Assembly: GCA_012295275.1 (NCBI GenBank)
Contig: CM022668.1
Location: 3,968,001-4,032,000 of the forward strand
From: Chrysomallon squamiferum
Lineage: Eukaryota > Animalia > Mollusca
Direction: 5' to 3'
DNA length: 64,000 nucleotides
The translations under genes were made by a program, and so were the position numbers. Positions within the stretch are counted from its first letter, which is position 1. Every line of letters starts with the position of its first letter. This document shows, one piece after another, positions 11,277 through 24,700 of this stretch. The notes beneath the pieces were generated by a model. It worked only from the letters and a program-made list of their open reading frames with translations, had not been told where the DNA came from and did no database searches.

Positions 11277-13376
11277 AACAATTTTATATGTCACTGAAAA
11301 TCTTTCAGAGAACTCCAGTTGATAAATATAAATAAATAAATAAATAAATAAATAAAGTTACACACGTATACACTTTACAAATAAAATTTCTACATTGGAA
11401 TACCTTTATGTACTATTATCAAACTTAGTAATTGTATTTTAAGTTGTATATTACAGTAATTAAGAATTATAAATGTAAAATTAAATACACCAATATGTGA
11501 AAATATCAGTTCAATAATTATCTAAATAGTATATATAGTATATTGCACACACACTCATCTACTGATAGTTGAAAAACATAAGAAACAAATAAATGCAATT
11601 CAAAATGTTTATATTTACAACTTCACAAAAAGTTTTTTCAGATTTTATGTTACTTGTTCTTTCTCTACTGGTGCAAGAATAAAGAGATAAACAGAAAGTT
11701 AGAGTTGACTTAAAGCTTGTCAAATCAATCAGGTTTATCATTTTCATCACTGTCATCTTTTCTAGTTTTATACATCAAGCGGTTAAAAACAAAAAGGAGG
11801 CTCTGCAATAATAAAAAAAATTCACTTGCCACTAAAATGAGGAAAAGAAAATCTTGTTGAGTTAAAAGTGACCTTAGTTGTTTGCTCTTGGTGTTCTGTA
11901 CCAACAACACAGAACATACAGTGAGATATGAGAAACTGACACTATGGGTGTATCCTTTTTAGTACAGTTGAAATAGTAATACTGGAATAGCAGGTTTAAT
12001 ATTAGTCATTTAGTTATTTATATACTTCACCATTTTCTTTCAACGAATTATTTTAAAGGAACAAATAGTAATCAGATAAAAATAAACCTTTATTTTCTTT
12101 TTAAACTGACTGTGATAACTGCCAACTTTTCATGATAAATATAAAATTAAAATTCACCAAAATCACAACAAAACATTATTGTTTAATAAATAAATGAAAA
12201 GGAACAATAACAACTGTATATATTGTGATAGAATTGAAAAATTATCCTGTTGGTTTGTTTGAATACTAAGGAGATATGTTTCAAATTTATTGTAATTACA
12301 AAGAAAATAACCACGTTTTACAAAATAATATAAAACATACCAACCTTTTCTAGAACATATTAGGGGTTTTATAAGAGGACTCAGCATCGATGTTTTTATA
12401 ATCTTTAATATTCCATGGCAAAAAATTTGACATTTAATGTATAACTGTCGTATTGTTTTTGTCAGGAATAAAAGTTGTTGATGAAATGCTAGTTGTGAAA
12501 ATGCAAGAAGAAACCACTGGTGGTTAGATATTAAGTTTTGGACAAGACACACCAGTGTGGAGTAGATATTAGGTTTTATACTGGTATAAATAATACATCT
12601 GTTACACCAACAACACAATCAGGCAAATCTCATTTGCTGGAATATTATGTCTTTGACATATTTCAAGGGACATGTTCTGCAAAAATTTCACATAAACTAG
12701 TATATTTCAAATATACAAACACACAATGGGAATGTTTCTGATGTCAGATGTTTAACATCTAGGTTAACAGCAATGAAATGACATTAAAATGAATGCCAAC
12801 AGTAATATTATTTAATTATTAATAATTTAATAAAGTTGATAAAACTCACTCTTGTGAGAACTATGATCATAATGATGACAATAAGATAGATGATGTAGTA
12901 GAAGATAAATGGCCTCAGAAATTTTAAAGTTTTGATCATCAGAATGCTTTTGTCAAGGCTTAGATCTTAAGTTCACCTGAGAACCTTTGTTTCCTGTCTA
13001 GATTTATATTTGGATTAAACATAAAACAAATTATTGAAGATTAAAAACAAATAACATTTGGTGATTAAAAAAAAATGTCTTTGGGTTTGACTTCTGTAAA
13101 ATAATACAAAAATATACATTTCATAAATACTGAATAATTTCAACATTTGGCAATCATGTCTGTTGAACATAACAGATTGACATCTAATCACTGTCATTAT
13201 TATTTATTTATTTTCTTACTTACGTTTTGGCAATTGGTTGATAATATTATATTCAATGGAATGAATTTGTTTTTCTGAATTTTGAAATTTAATAACTTCA
13301 TAAATTTGTCCTTATATTCAGAGTTTTTACTTCACTCTGTGTTGTGAAGAAAAATCTTCACACTGATTTTCAACCT

Positions 13377-16300
13377 TCAAGGATCCTCATCCTCTGGTGG
13401 TTCAGCTTCAAGCATCTGTTCAGCATTCTGTATAGTAGTTCCCAGAATCAACTCTATATCCCGTATTGCTCCCTGAAACACAGTTATATACTATGTTAAA
13501 TCTAAACTGGGGATATATATAGAATCTGTGACCTGACTAAAATTTCATTACATTAGTCTTAATCTGTAGTAATGTATAAAATGTTTGTTCGCTAGTGTGT
13601 GTGTGTGTGTGGGTGTGTGTGTTTAAATTCATCTTTAGTAACAGAACATAACAATACACATACATACACACATACATTTTGTTTTTATCTGTATACAAAC
13701 AAATTATATTTGAAATGTTACTTGGATCTTTTACAGTAAAGAATAACAAGAAGTTATGCTCAATAGAGTTTGATATAAAATCTTAAAGGTTTGTGTGAAA
13801 ATTAAAATTTATAGTTAATGCAAAATGTAAAGGTGACAGGAGTAAGATGAACTATTCATGAAACGTGCACTGGTAAATGAAAGACTGTGATTATGAAATC
13901 AAATGTATCAGAGATAAAACTCACTTTAAAGTTTGTGATGCCCTGCATGTTTGGTGCTGATATTTCCTGATGGATCACTGAGAGATTCCTGGCAAAAGTG
14001 GCTAAACCACCCTGGAGACTATCTCCAACTGTCCTGTAAGCACATATAAACAGTCTAACTCTATAACACGCGCAAACTATTAAACTTTAACTCAATAACT
14101 GTAAACACACATTAACTATTTAACTCAAACTGTAAACATGTAAATGGTAACTTAATAACTGTAAACACATGTAAAAAGTCTAACAACTGTAATCACACAT
14201 AAACCATTTAACTTTAACTCAATAACTGAAAAAACACATACACTATTTAATAACTAAAAACATGTAAACTATTAACTCAGTAACTATAAAATGTAATTTA
14301 TTTAGCTCAATAACTGTAAAACAAACTATTTAACTCAATAACTGAAAACACACATACACTATTTAATAACTAAAAACATGTAAACTATTAACTCAGTAAC
14401 TATAAAATGTAATTTATTTAGCTCAATAACTGTAAAACAAACTATTTAACTCAATAACTGTAAAATGTAAACTATTTAACTCAATAACTGCATATACTTG
14501 TTAACTATTTAACTTAACAACTGTAAACTATTTAACTTAACACTGTAAACATGTAAACTTTTTAACTTAATAACTGTAAGCACACAAAGTATTTCACTTA
14601 ACAGCTGTAAACACATGTAAATTATTTATTGTAATAATTGGAAATATATGTAAACTATTTAACTTAACAGCTGTAAACACATGTAAATTATTTATTTTAA
14701 TAATTGGAAATATATGTAAACTATTTAACATATCTCTAAATGCATGTGAACTATTTAATGCGATAACTGTAAACACATGTAAACTATTTAATGCGACAAC
14801 TGTAAACACATGTAAACTATTTAAGTTAATAAATGTAAACAAAGGTAAACTATTTAATTACATTGCAAACAAATATAAAATACAAATTAAAAATTGCAAA
14901 CACAAATTAATTAATTATTGTAAAATTGTAAACTGTTGTACTCAGAGACTGTTAACATCTCTAAATCAGTTTTAATAAATGTACATTTATAACAATAATA
15001 ATAAACTGTTTTGCCTCAGCTCAAAGAAGACATATATACAAGTAATATAACTGCGTAAACAAACAAAAATAACAATAAATAAATAAATAAAGATTGTAGA
15101 AATATATTCCAATGTAAACAAATCTTTATTTTACTTACACCATACCCAACCTCTCTCTGTTAAAACTGTCAAGTAATGTAAACACAGAACCCTGTTTCTC
15201 CTAAACAGAAATAAAAAGTAAAATTAATACAGTAACTGATATTGCACAATGGAGAAATGTGTGTGTGTGTGTGTGTGTGCATGAGATATATATATATATT
15301 GATTTCATCATATATAAACAAGTAAATAAACAGTAAGAACTATAAAACGACATTTAAGTGATTAAGACTATAAAACGTTGCTAAATAAACTCTTGGTACC
15401 TTGATGTCATAGCCAATGCCGTGAGCTCGACACATCTGGAAGAACACGCTGTAGTGAACAACAGCAAGGTTGGAGTGAAACAGTCGTGTACTCATAACAG
15501 CAAATCTGTGGTTGCTCTCTACACTCTGTAAGTGAACAACAGGGCAAGCTTTCTATCAAATGTGATTGGTAAAGATTCTTGTAAAAATTTGGAAGAGCTG
15601 TAACTTCTGCTAAAGTTAATACTTATGAGAAGTTAGATATAACAATGTTAGGTACAAATGAGAAATAACAAAAAAAGGAGACACAAGCAAATGCACACAA
15701 GAACATACTACACACAAAACAGTCTCATCACATATGTTGTGAGACTAAATACAAACAGAAATTCATTAAATATAGTCACATTAGCTTTAATTTGAACATT
15801 AATACATCTAACCACTTAATACAAAAATAGTAATAAAATAAACAGCAAACTTAAGTTCATATAATGTAATTATATCTCCTGAAAACTTTGTTAGTTTCTA
15901 TATTAAAGAAAGAGTTTTCCAGAAAACTAACAGGAAGTCTGTAATGAAGAAAATAAAATAAAAAATTGGATCTGAAACTTACATCATCACTTCCAATTAG
16001 ACGTCGCTTGGGTTTCTTCTTTGGTTCTTTTGATGGGACAACCTCAAACACGTGAGTGTTGGTGTTGAGTAGACCCTGCGTGACGTAGCTGACAAGTTGA
16101 AACATTGCCATTGTGTCACTGTAGTGTAAACTCAGGTCTATTGCCCACAACTGCTGATCTATCTGTACACAGAAAACACCTCTCATTTGTAATATTTTGT
16201 TTTAAACATATTTATTTGAAACATTTATTTCTTGCTGTGATATAAATAAGTTCTAATTCCTTGCTAATTTGTAAAGATTTATTCTAAATAGTATTATTTA

Positions 16301-17647
16301 GTATATCAGTTGGAAAGAATATTAACAAAGTTTAAAAAAGAAAAGCAAAAAAAGAGGTATATTAATCTATATTTGTAGACTGTTTGTAATGTATGAAAAT
16401 TATAGAAAATCTGTTGTTGCCAAAGTAGAGAAATGTTACAATTAACAGCAAAACATGTTTTTCCAACTGATGTGAAAAAAACATTCTGATTTTTGATATG
16501 CCTATCTTGGGGAAATGTCAGTTAACCACTGAGAAGATTAGATGCTGTCATGAACAGTTTTTCTACAGGCAGCAGTACTTATGAATGTAAAAAGACAGCT
16601 GTTGATTATTTACATATAGCTAATCATTAGAACTGTATCAAGAATTACTCACTGCTGTACCACTGATGAAAGTAACAAAATCCACTGTGAAGTATCCCAC
16701 AATGCCTCTAGTTTTACAGGCTTCTGCAATCTTTACACATGTGCTGTTTAGAAGTCTGGGTTCCACAGAGGACTGGGGGAAGGAAACCCCCCAACAGGAG
16801 AAGGGAGACTCTGCATGTATCTGGTCTCCACAGGTCATCATGTTGACCCTCCCACTTGGTTCAATCATCATGTCTACAGTCAGCGTGGTGATACTTTCTG
16901 CAGGAGGACACGCCTCTATAACACCACCTGTAATGTAATTGTCATACTACACTATCTACAATATAACTGTCATATTACAGCACTATAGTTAAATATAACT
17001 GTCATATTACAGCACTATAGTTAAATATAACTCTCATTACACATCCTGCAGTTAAATATAACTGTTGTCACTTTAGAATTACTGCACTGCCATAATATAT
17101 TACATCATCTATAGTTAAAATGTAACTATCATAATCAAATGTAAAACAAAATATAAATGTTGAAATATATATAAAGAAAGAAAGAAAGAAAGAAAGAAAA
17201 GAAAGAAAGAAAAGAATGAAAAGAAAAGAAAGAAAAGAAAAGAAAGAAAAGAAAAGAAGAAAAGGAAAACAAATGAATAAATTAACAAAGTAAACACTAA
17301 ATGGAACTATTTAAAAAGAACAACAACTGACCTTTTCCTAAGAAAGTATCAAGAAATCTTTCCCAGCTGGGGTACACGTATCTGTTTACTGGCACTGCAT
17401 ATTTCTCTAACACATCCCCAATTTCAGCATGGATTTTAATGTATGCTCCTTCCTATCACAAAGATTACACTTTTAATTATCTCTCTTCCTCTCAAATACT
17501 TTTTTCAGATGAACACACAAATATTAACATAAATTTCTTTTCAGGCAAAATTAACTTACATATACATGGACAGACATATGCCCACACATACAAGCACAAG
17601 TACAAATGTTGGACTTTCACTGAATTTAAGGATCTGTGGAAACCATG

Positions 17648-17693
<46 letters not shown>

Positions 17694-20600
17694 GTATATT
17701 TCATAACAAATGCTCACAGAAACACACACACACACACACAAATACACAAATACACATATATGCTCATACACATGCATGTACATACAATATCAGTCAATGG
17801 ATACTAGCACAAATACAATGTTACCAAATGGGTTCAACCGTCTGATCCTAAAACTGACCTGAGCCCATTTCTTTGACCACTTTTCTCCATATCTCTCTGA
17901 TTCTTTCAAAGCCCACTTATAGCACTTGAGATGGTCAGTAACATCACAGTAAGCAATTCCCCGACCATCAAACTCTTCATCAAGTTTGAACAACCATCGC
18001 TTTACCCGCAGGTTTTCTGTTACCAGCTGAGCCAGGCATTCATGTAGCTGTTAGAATAATACTTCATAATCACTCTGAAACTGCACATGTATGCATGTCT
18101 GTGTGGGTGTGTGGGTTTGTATTTCTATGTTCATTTTATGCTTTCTCAGTATTCAGTTGTAATTTAACGTAGACAAGCAAGTAATAGTGAATAAAACATG
18201 AATTCACAATATTATTAAACTATCAAACAAAAACAATGTGTAGTTCCAGTGATAACTTTTCACTATAGTTATATATATGTTTGTCTGTGAAATATACTCA
18301 GTAATGTTCAGATGGTGTAAAATATAACTTACTTGTCCAAGACTGTATATGTCATATTCTCCAGGTGGCACATCAACCCCAGCGCTGGCAAAGATTCGTT
18401 TTGAACCAGACTTAGTGGAATATAGCCTGGCAATTTCAGGTTCTGGAGCCACAATGGGCACATCGAGCATGTCAGCCACAGCAAGGTCATCAATGTGTGG
18501 TACTGTGGTGACAATGTATGCCTCACGACCGCGGATCATGTTTTTAATTCTCTTTAGAGTCTGTGGACTGTACTTTAACAGTGATGCCAGACACATTCTG
18601 TGAGTCTGTAAATAACAACATGTTTAAACAATTGTCTGATTTCTTACAATTCATATGAAAACAGAATCTGATATATTTCACATCAATATTTTATAGTGTT
18701 AAACTGTCATCCAGTCAAAACTGTTTAATAGTTATTTAGTGAAGTTTGTTTTCATCCACAAATGATAAATACAGAAATATCCAGTCTGAGCAATGTCAAT
18801 GTATTTTATACTGATAACTTTAAAATTCTAACACTAAAACTAATCTAACAACTTAAAAATATTTCTTTATATTTGTAACTTTAATCTTAATCTAGCCAAT
18901 TAAAAACATGAATGAATAAAAAAAACCTAAAAAATTAATGTGAGTCACAGTATACTAGGTAAAAGCTAAACACATGAATTTATTTTTCAGCTACAGAATC
19001 CTTCTAAAATAAAATCAGTGATGTTATTTCCCCACTATAACCTATAATAATGTGGTATTTCTAAACCTACCAACCAAAATTAATAGTAAATTTTAAACTA
19101 GTTATTTCTGATATTTTTGAAAAACATGTCTTACAGGAAAACTCTTTATAGCCTCAGGAACAACTATTCTGTATCTATCCTCCATGTTGGACTGGTCTTC
19201 CACTTTTCCACTCTCCACTGCTGCCTTCAGACCAAGCAGTTTGGAGTAGTACTGTAGAGTTTCATCACTCAGAGGAACGGGGGACACAAATATCACATCA
19301 ACATTGGGATCTAACAAAAATATAATACATGATATATGAGTGAGTAATTTTGATAATGTTGTTATATGTGTGAGTAAAGCTAAATTTTGATAATGTTATA
19401 TGTGTGAGTAAAGCTAAATTTTTATAATGTTATATATGTGAGTAAAGCTAAATTTTTATAATGTTATATGTGTGAGTAAAGCTTTATTTTGATAATTTTG
19501 TTATATGTGTGAGAAAAGCTTTATTTTGATAATGTTGTTAGTAAAGGTTATTTTTGTATGTGATGTAGTTAAAACCACACCTCTGATGTCACACAGTCTG
19601 CACATCTGTGTGTTCTGCTGTACTCCGAAGTCGTTGATGCTGTCACGGGTGTGCTGGGCCAGGCCAAGGGACGGGATGTGAATCACTACACGCTTAGACA
19701 TTTTTACTCTGTCCCAAGATGAAGCCAGTTTCTGAAATTATAATTTAAAAGAAGTCAACACTGCAAAATATATATTTTTCTAAATATTTTTAGTGATTTT
19801 AACATTATCTCCACAACAATTATCAAATAATTTATTTTAAAATCAGGAGTGTGTATTTTAAATAAAAAAATTTCATGTTTACTTCTAAAATGGTGACCAG
19901 TAACTTTTGACAAACATTACTTATACACTTTTGTTATATTTATTACTAACACAAACATAACAAACAAATTATGTCAGAAAAGAAACTGTAAAGTTAATTA
20001 CAGTTTAAATGATTTTATCATTAAATACAAATTAATCAGTTACATTTTATAATATAATTTTTTACTCAGAAATAAACAATGACTTTTTACATCTAATTTT
20101 TATTGTTCTTTGCTTCTTTTGTTTCTTCTATCAGTTTTAATTAGTGTGATGAAACATTTCAAGCATACATGTACAGGTAAAGCGTGATACTGTAGTTTAC
20201 AATCAATATTCAAGTAATAATTCAAATAAATGTTGAAAGTTAAAATCTACAAGTCTAAAGACTTCATTTACCTTGGCTCTGAATTTAAAGTTTTCAAGTT
20301 GATCAGCTCGAGTGCGACGTAGCTGCTGTCTAACTTTGACCATCTTGATGTGCATGATCCACGAAATGGCAATGACACCTGCAGCCCACTTATGTCTGCG
20401 GTATTCAAGGTAAGCCATGCGGTCACGGTACATTCGCCACATCGCCTGGATTGTGGTAGCTGCCAAATCCTCACCATTAGGACCTATAAACTTACGTCCC
20501 TTAAAAACATAACAATAATAATCTCTGAGTGAAACAACATACACGTTAACTGAAGAAGATGATCAACTGAAATACTTTTCTACCAGCTGTAATAGTTTAT

Positions 20601-21452
20601 CTCTTCTATTTTTGGTAACTTGACTGAAGTCCATCTATTTAAAAATTGCTGAATAAATTTATGAAATCCAACAAATTATTTTTTTTGTCTAATAACAAAT
20701 CACTATTTTCTTATATCAAGATTTTGCTTCAGTATTGAATGCTGTGGTCTCAGTTAGCTAACTGATATTTAAATGAACAATAACTAATCATCAGTGTTCA
20801 TGGTTCAGTGTAGCTGATGACAGAAATGTCACTGTATCATACTGATTAACTAAACAGTGATTACACTAGTAGATGAGAATGTACAGTTTTAACTTACTGG
20901 TTTTGAGACAAGATTCTCCACATCCTCACGGTTCACAATCACTGATAAAAGATTTTCTCTTCCTGGTGGTTTCTCCAACTCAAACTCCATAGACAGATCT
21001 GCCAGTCTGAACAAACATTCAGTTTTAATTTGTATATGCTTACATACATGTCTAAAGTTGATTATAATTTAAAAAGCTCTCTATTGTAGAAATGAATACT
21101 ACATGACATCTACATAAACCTCTTTGTTATGTATTTTATTATTAGAAAAGATTGGGTGTAATAAATAATTTTCACTTCCACTTATACATTTGATTTTACT
21201 GTATTTACAAGACACTATTTCTCAAAATAATAAATATCTACAGTCTGTCAGTTAAAAGAAATCTATACCATTAACTCTTAAGTAATAACTGGAACTAAAC
21301 ACTGTTTTTATTTGACAGTTTTAATAATATACAAATGATAAATACTGTGTCATCATATTTATTACTTACTTATCTCCATTGATAAAAGCTATTGGCACTG
21401 AATACCGAGAAAGCATTTTCTCCAGCTGCTTCAGAGTTGTTACAATACTGGA

Positions 21453-21528
<76 letters not shown>

Positions 21529-21541
21529 GATAATAATAATG

Positions 21542-21575
<34 letters not shown>

Positions 21576-21687
21576 TGATAATAATAATAATAATAATGAT
21601 AATAATAATAAAATAATTGTAAAAATAGTAGTAGTAGTAGTAATAATAATAATAATAATAATAATAATTGTAATAATAGTAGTAGTA

Positions 21688-21723
<36 letters not shown>

Positions 21724-24700
21724 TTTTGTAATGGTTGTACTTAATTTTCCAAAACAATGGTTTCACTAATACAAAATATGTTCATTAGATAAAATCATAA
21801 TGTTTAATTCTATCTAGAGATGTTAATCAAATTTGAACCAGACATCACTGTATGTTACCTGTCTCTTGTAACACAATTTATATTTACTTATATCTGTGAT
21901 TATATTTACCTCTATTTATTGATACAAGTTAATATGACCTGCTCACTGAGACAGTAGTTAATATTTACCTGCCCCAGGTAAGAGAGTAGTTAATATTTAC
22001 CTGCCCCAGGTAAGACAGTAATTAATATTTATCTGCCCCAGGTAAGACAGTAGTTAATATTTACCTGCCCCAGGTAAGACAGTAGTTAATATTTACCTGC
22101 CCCAGGTAAGACAGTAGTGTTGTTTGAAGGCCAGAAACTCAGGTTGTGTGTCTCTAACATGTCCATTCTGAATGGCAAAGCGATGACTTAGTGTTTTGAA
22201 GTCTCCACTGGCAGGGGTGGTTGGAGGGGGCTGAAATATTTAATTATTTATTAATTAACACCCAGTAACAAAAAGCTCTCTGTTATTGTAGTAGTCATTT
22301 AGTTTATGTTTATTTACCAATAAACAGTATTATTTAATTATGTGCATATAAAAAATATATATATATATATATATATATATTAACATAGAGTAATATTTTT
22401 TGTGATTTGTTTTTAAAATCTCATTATCAATTTTTTAAACATTTTGAAATATCCATTAACTTTTAATATTCGATTAATTAATTTAAATATGTTTACCAAT
22501 ATCTAATAACTTTTAACTGAAATATGTTTTAACCAAAATCCAGTAATTTGTTATTTAATTTAAAAAACATGCTAATTAATATCCAATGTGATCTAATTAT
22601 TTAACTGTATAAATTCATTAATATTCAGTGAAGTAAAGGTATTTAATTTAAATACATTCATTAACTTTTAAATATAATTATTTTTTATTTTTTAAAAATA
22701 TTCTTGATTTATTTCAAAACATTGACAAACATTATGTATTTAATTTTGCAGTTTATTTAGAACCAGTAATATTTAGATATTTTATTGTACTTTTACTTAA
22801 ATTAATAATAATAAATTACTATTCAGAGACATATAGTAATATTTAGTTATTTAACAGGAAAATCCTGATTGAGATCCATAACAATTAGTTTCTGAATCTT
22901 TATATATTGAGTAATACCCAGTTACTTAATTTTCAAAGATATCTTGTTAATAAATTTCAGTGTATTTATTTAGACTGAGCAATGGTTAACTATTTAAAGT
23001 TATAACAATACTCACAACATATAACTATTTATTTCTTAATTATTTCTTAAAATTAAAACATTTTTAATTTAAAAAATTTATTAAATATGATAATAAATAA
23101 TGCATTTTATCCGTGAAAATATATTCAAGATAAACAAAGAGATCATTTTATAAATGTCACCAAAAAATATATGAATAATAATGAAAATGAAATGTGCAAC
23201 CAAAGCTCTTGTAGAAGCAGGTGATGGCAAAATAAATTAAAAAACAAAGGTTTTCAAAGTTATGGAGATGTACATATGCATATATAATAATACATTTTAA
23301 TATGCATGAAATATGTGAATAATAGTGAGAGAGAAATAATTCAAAAATAAAAATCAGTTAACATTATATATAAACTGTAAGAGATAGTAAAGAGGCTTTT
23401 TTCAGTGTGTGTTATAAAATATCTTCACCTCAAAACAAACCTATGTCTGACTTTTGAAAAAAATAAAATAAATAATAATAAAAAATAATAATAATAAAAA
23501 ATTTTTTTAATAAATAAATAAATAGGTAAATAACTAAATACAAAAGGGTGGTATCGTGAACACAGAATGTGTTAACAACATTAAGTTTTACCCAGATCCC
23601 CAGATGGAAAAAATAAATTCTGGAAAGTAGGACATAGATTTTAATTTTATTCTGAAAATATTTAACTTTTTGTCACAGATTATTTCATATCTTACATTTT
23701 CATTTATTTTATAAAAATAGAATTTCTGAAAATTTCACTTATTTCTGGAGGTGAACATTGTACTATAAAATATTTTTCAACAGTAATATTTGTAATCAGA
23801 TTGTTAACTGAAAAGTAACAATAGTTTTGAATAGTTTATTATTTTTAATGAATGACATTATAGAACACGATACAAGGTGAACAGAAAAGGAATACTGACT
23901 AAAAGAATTTCTTATGCCAAGGAAATAAGGATGAAATAGATATCCATTGCAATAAGAAACTTTGCAAGTTTGTGATGAATTTCTTTTCTCTCCAACATAT
24001 ATTCAGTTATTAAATAAATTAAATAAATTAAATATTTACAGATCTTTTATAACACTTAACTGCTTTTAAACAGATTATTAAATTATATTTATTATTAAAT
24101 ACATTGTAGCCACACAATTGTTTACATTATTTATGAATTTTTTAATAAGCAGAAGAAAAGAAACTGAATGAAACTGAAAGGTAATTTTCTGATAAGAAGT
24201 TTTAAAACACTGCTCAATATTCATCACAATCTTGTCAATATACAAATTTAGATGTAAACCAGACTTATTACCAGTGGAACTATTGGTGGGAACTGAAAAT
24301 AGCAACAATGAACATGTTAAATGAGTTTTCTTTATAGAGATTATTAATTACTGAATGTCAACCATTCTGGATTAAATGATTAAACTGACACATAGTCCAT
24401 AATGAAAGCTGCTAGACTTTACTGTTAGTATAATTTTTTTTTACATATATAACCTTCTCACAAATGGGAATACATACCAAAGTTGTTAGTAACTGTTTGT
24501 AAAATGAAATCTAAATTACATTATTCTTAGGTTTAAAATAAATAAACAAACAAATACAATTAACATACCAAACATTTAAGGCAGGAAGACACTGTATCTT
24601 TTTGGTTTATTTGTTGTTTTTCTTTTCAAAAATGTAAAATAAGTAATTTCTTATAAGCTGAAAACAAATGATTATTTTCAGTGAAAACAACTGAACTTAC

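Noticed and set aside
10800-13370. Short ORFs between TRMT1 and IQCH (for example 12163-12618)
   Set aside because: AT-rich with no motifs or coherent exon chain. Probably IQCH 3'UTR or intergenic DNA.
21379-21766. Poly-N/I/L/Y ORFs; likewise the ER/SL/HT/CV-repeat ORFs at about 1.6, 17.5, 27.0, 47.3, 50.3, 53.0 and 55.2 kb
   Set aside because: Translations of microsatellites.
21958-22117. 32-bp direct repeats of CRISPR-like length
   Set aside because: Head-to-tail with no spacers, no cas genes, eukaryotic intron, and the unit derives from the exon junction.
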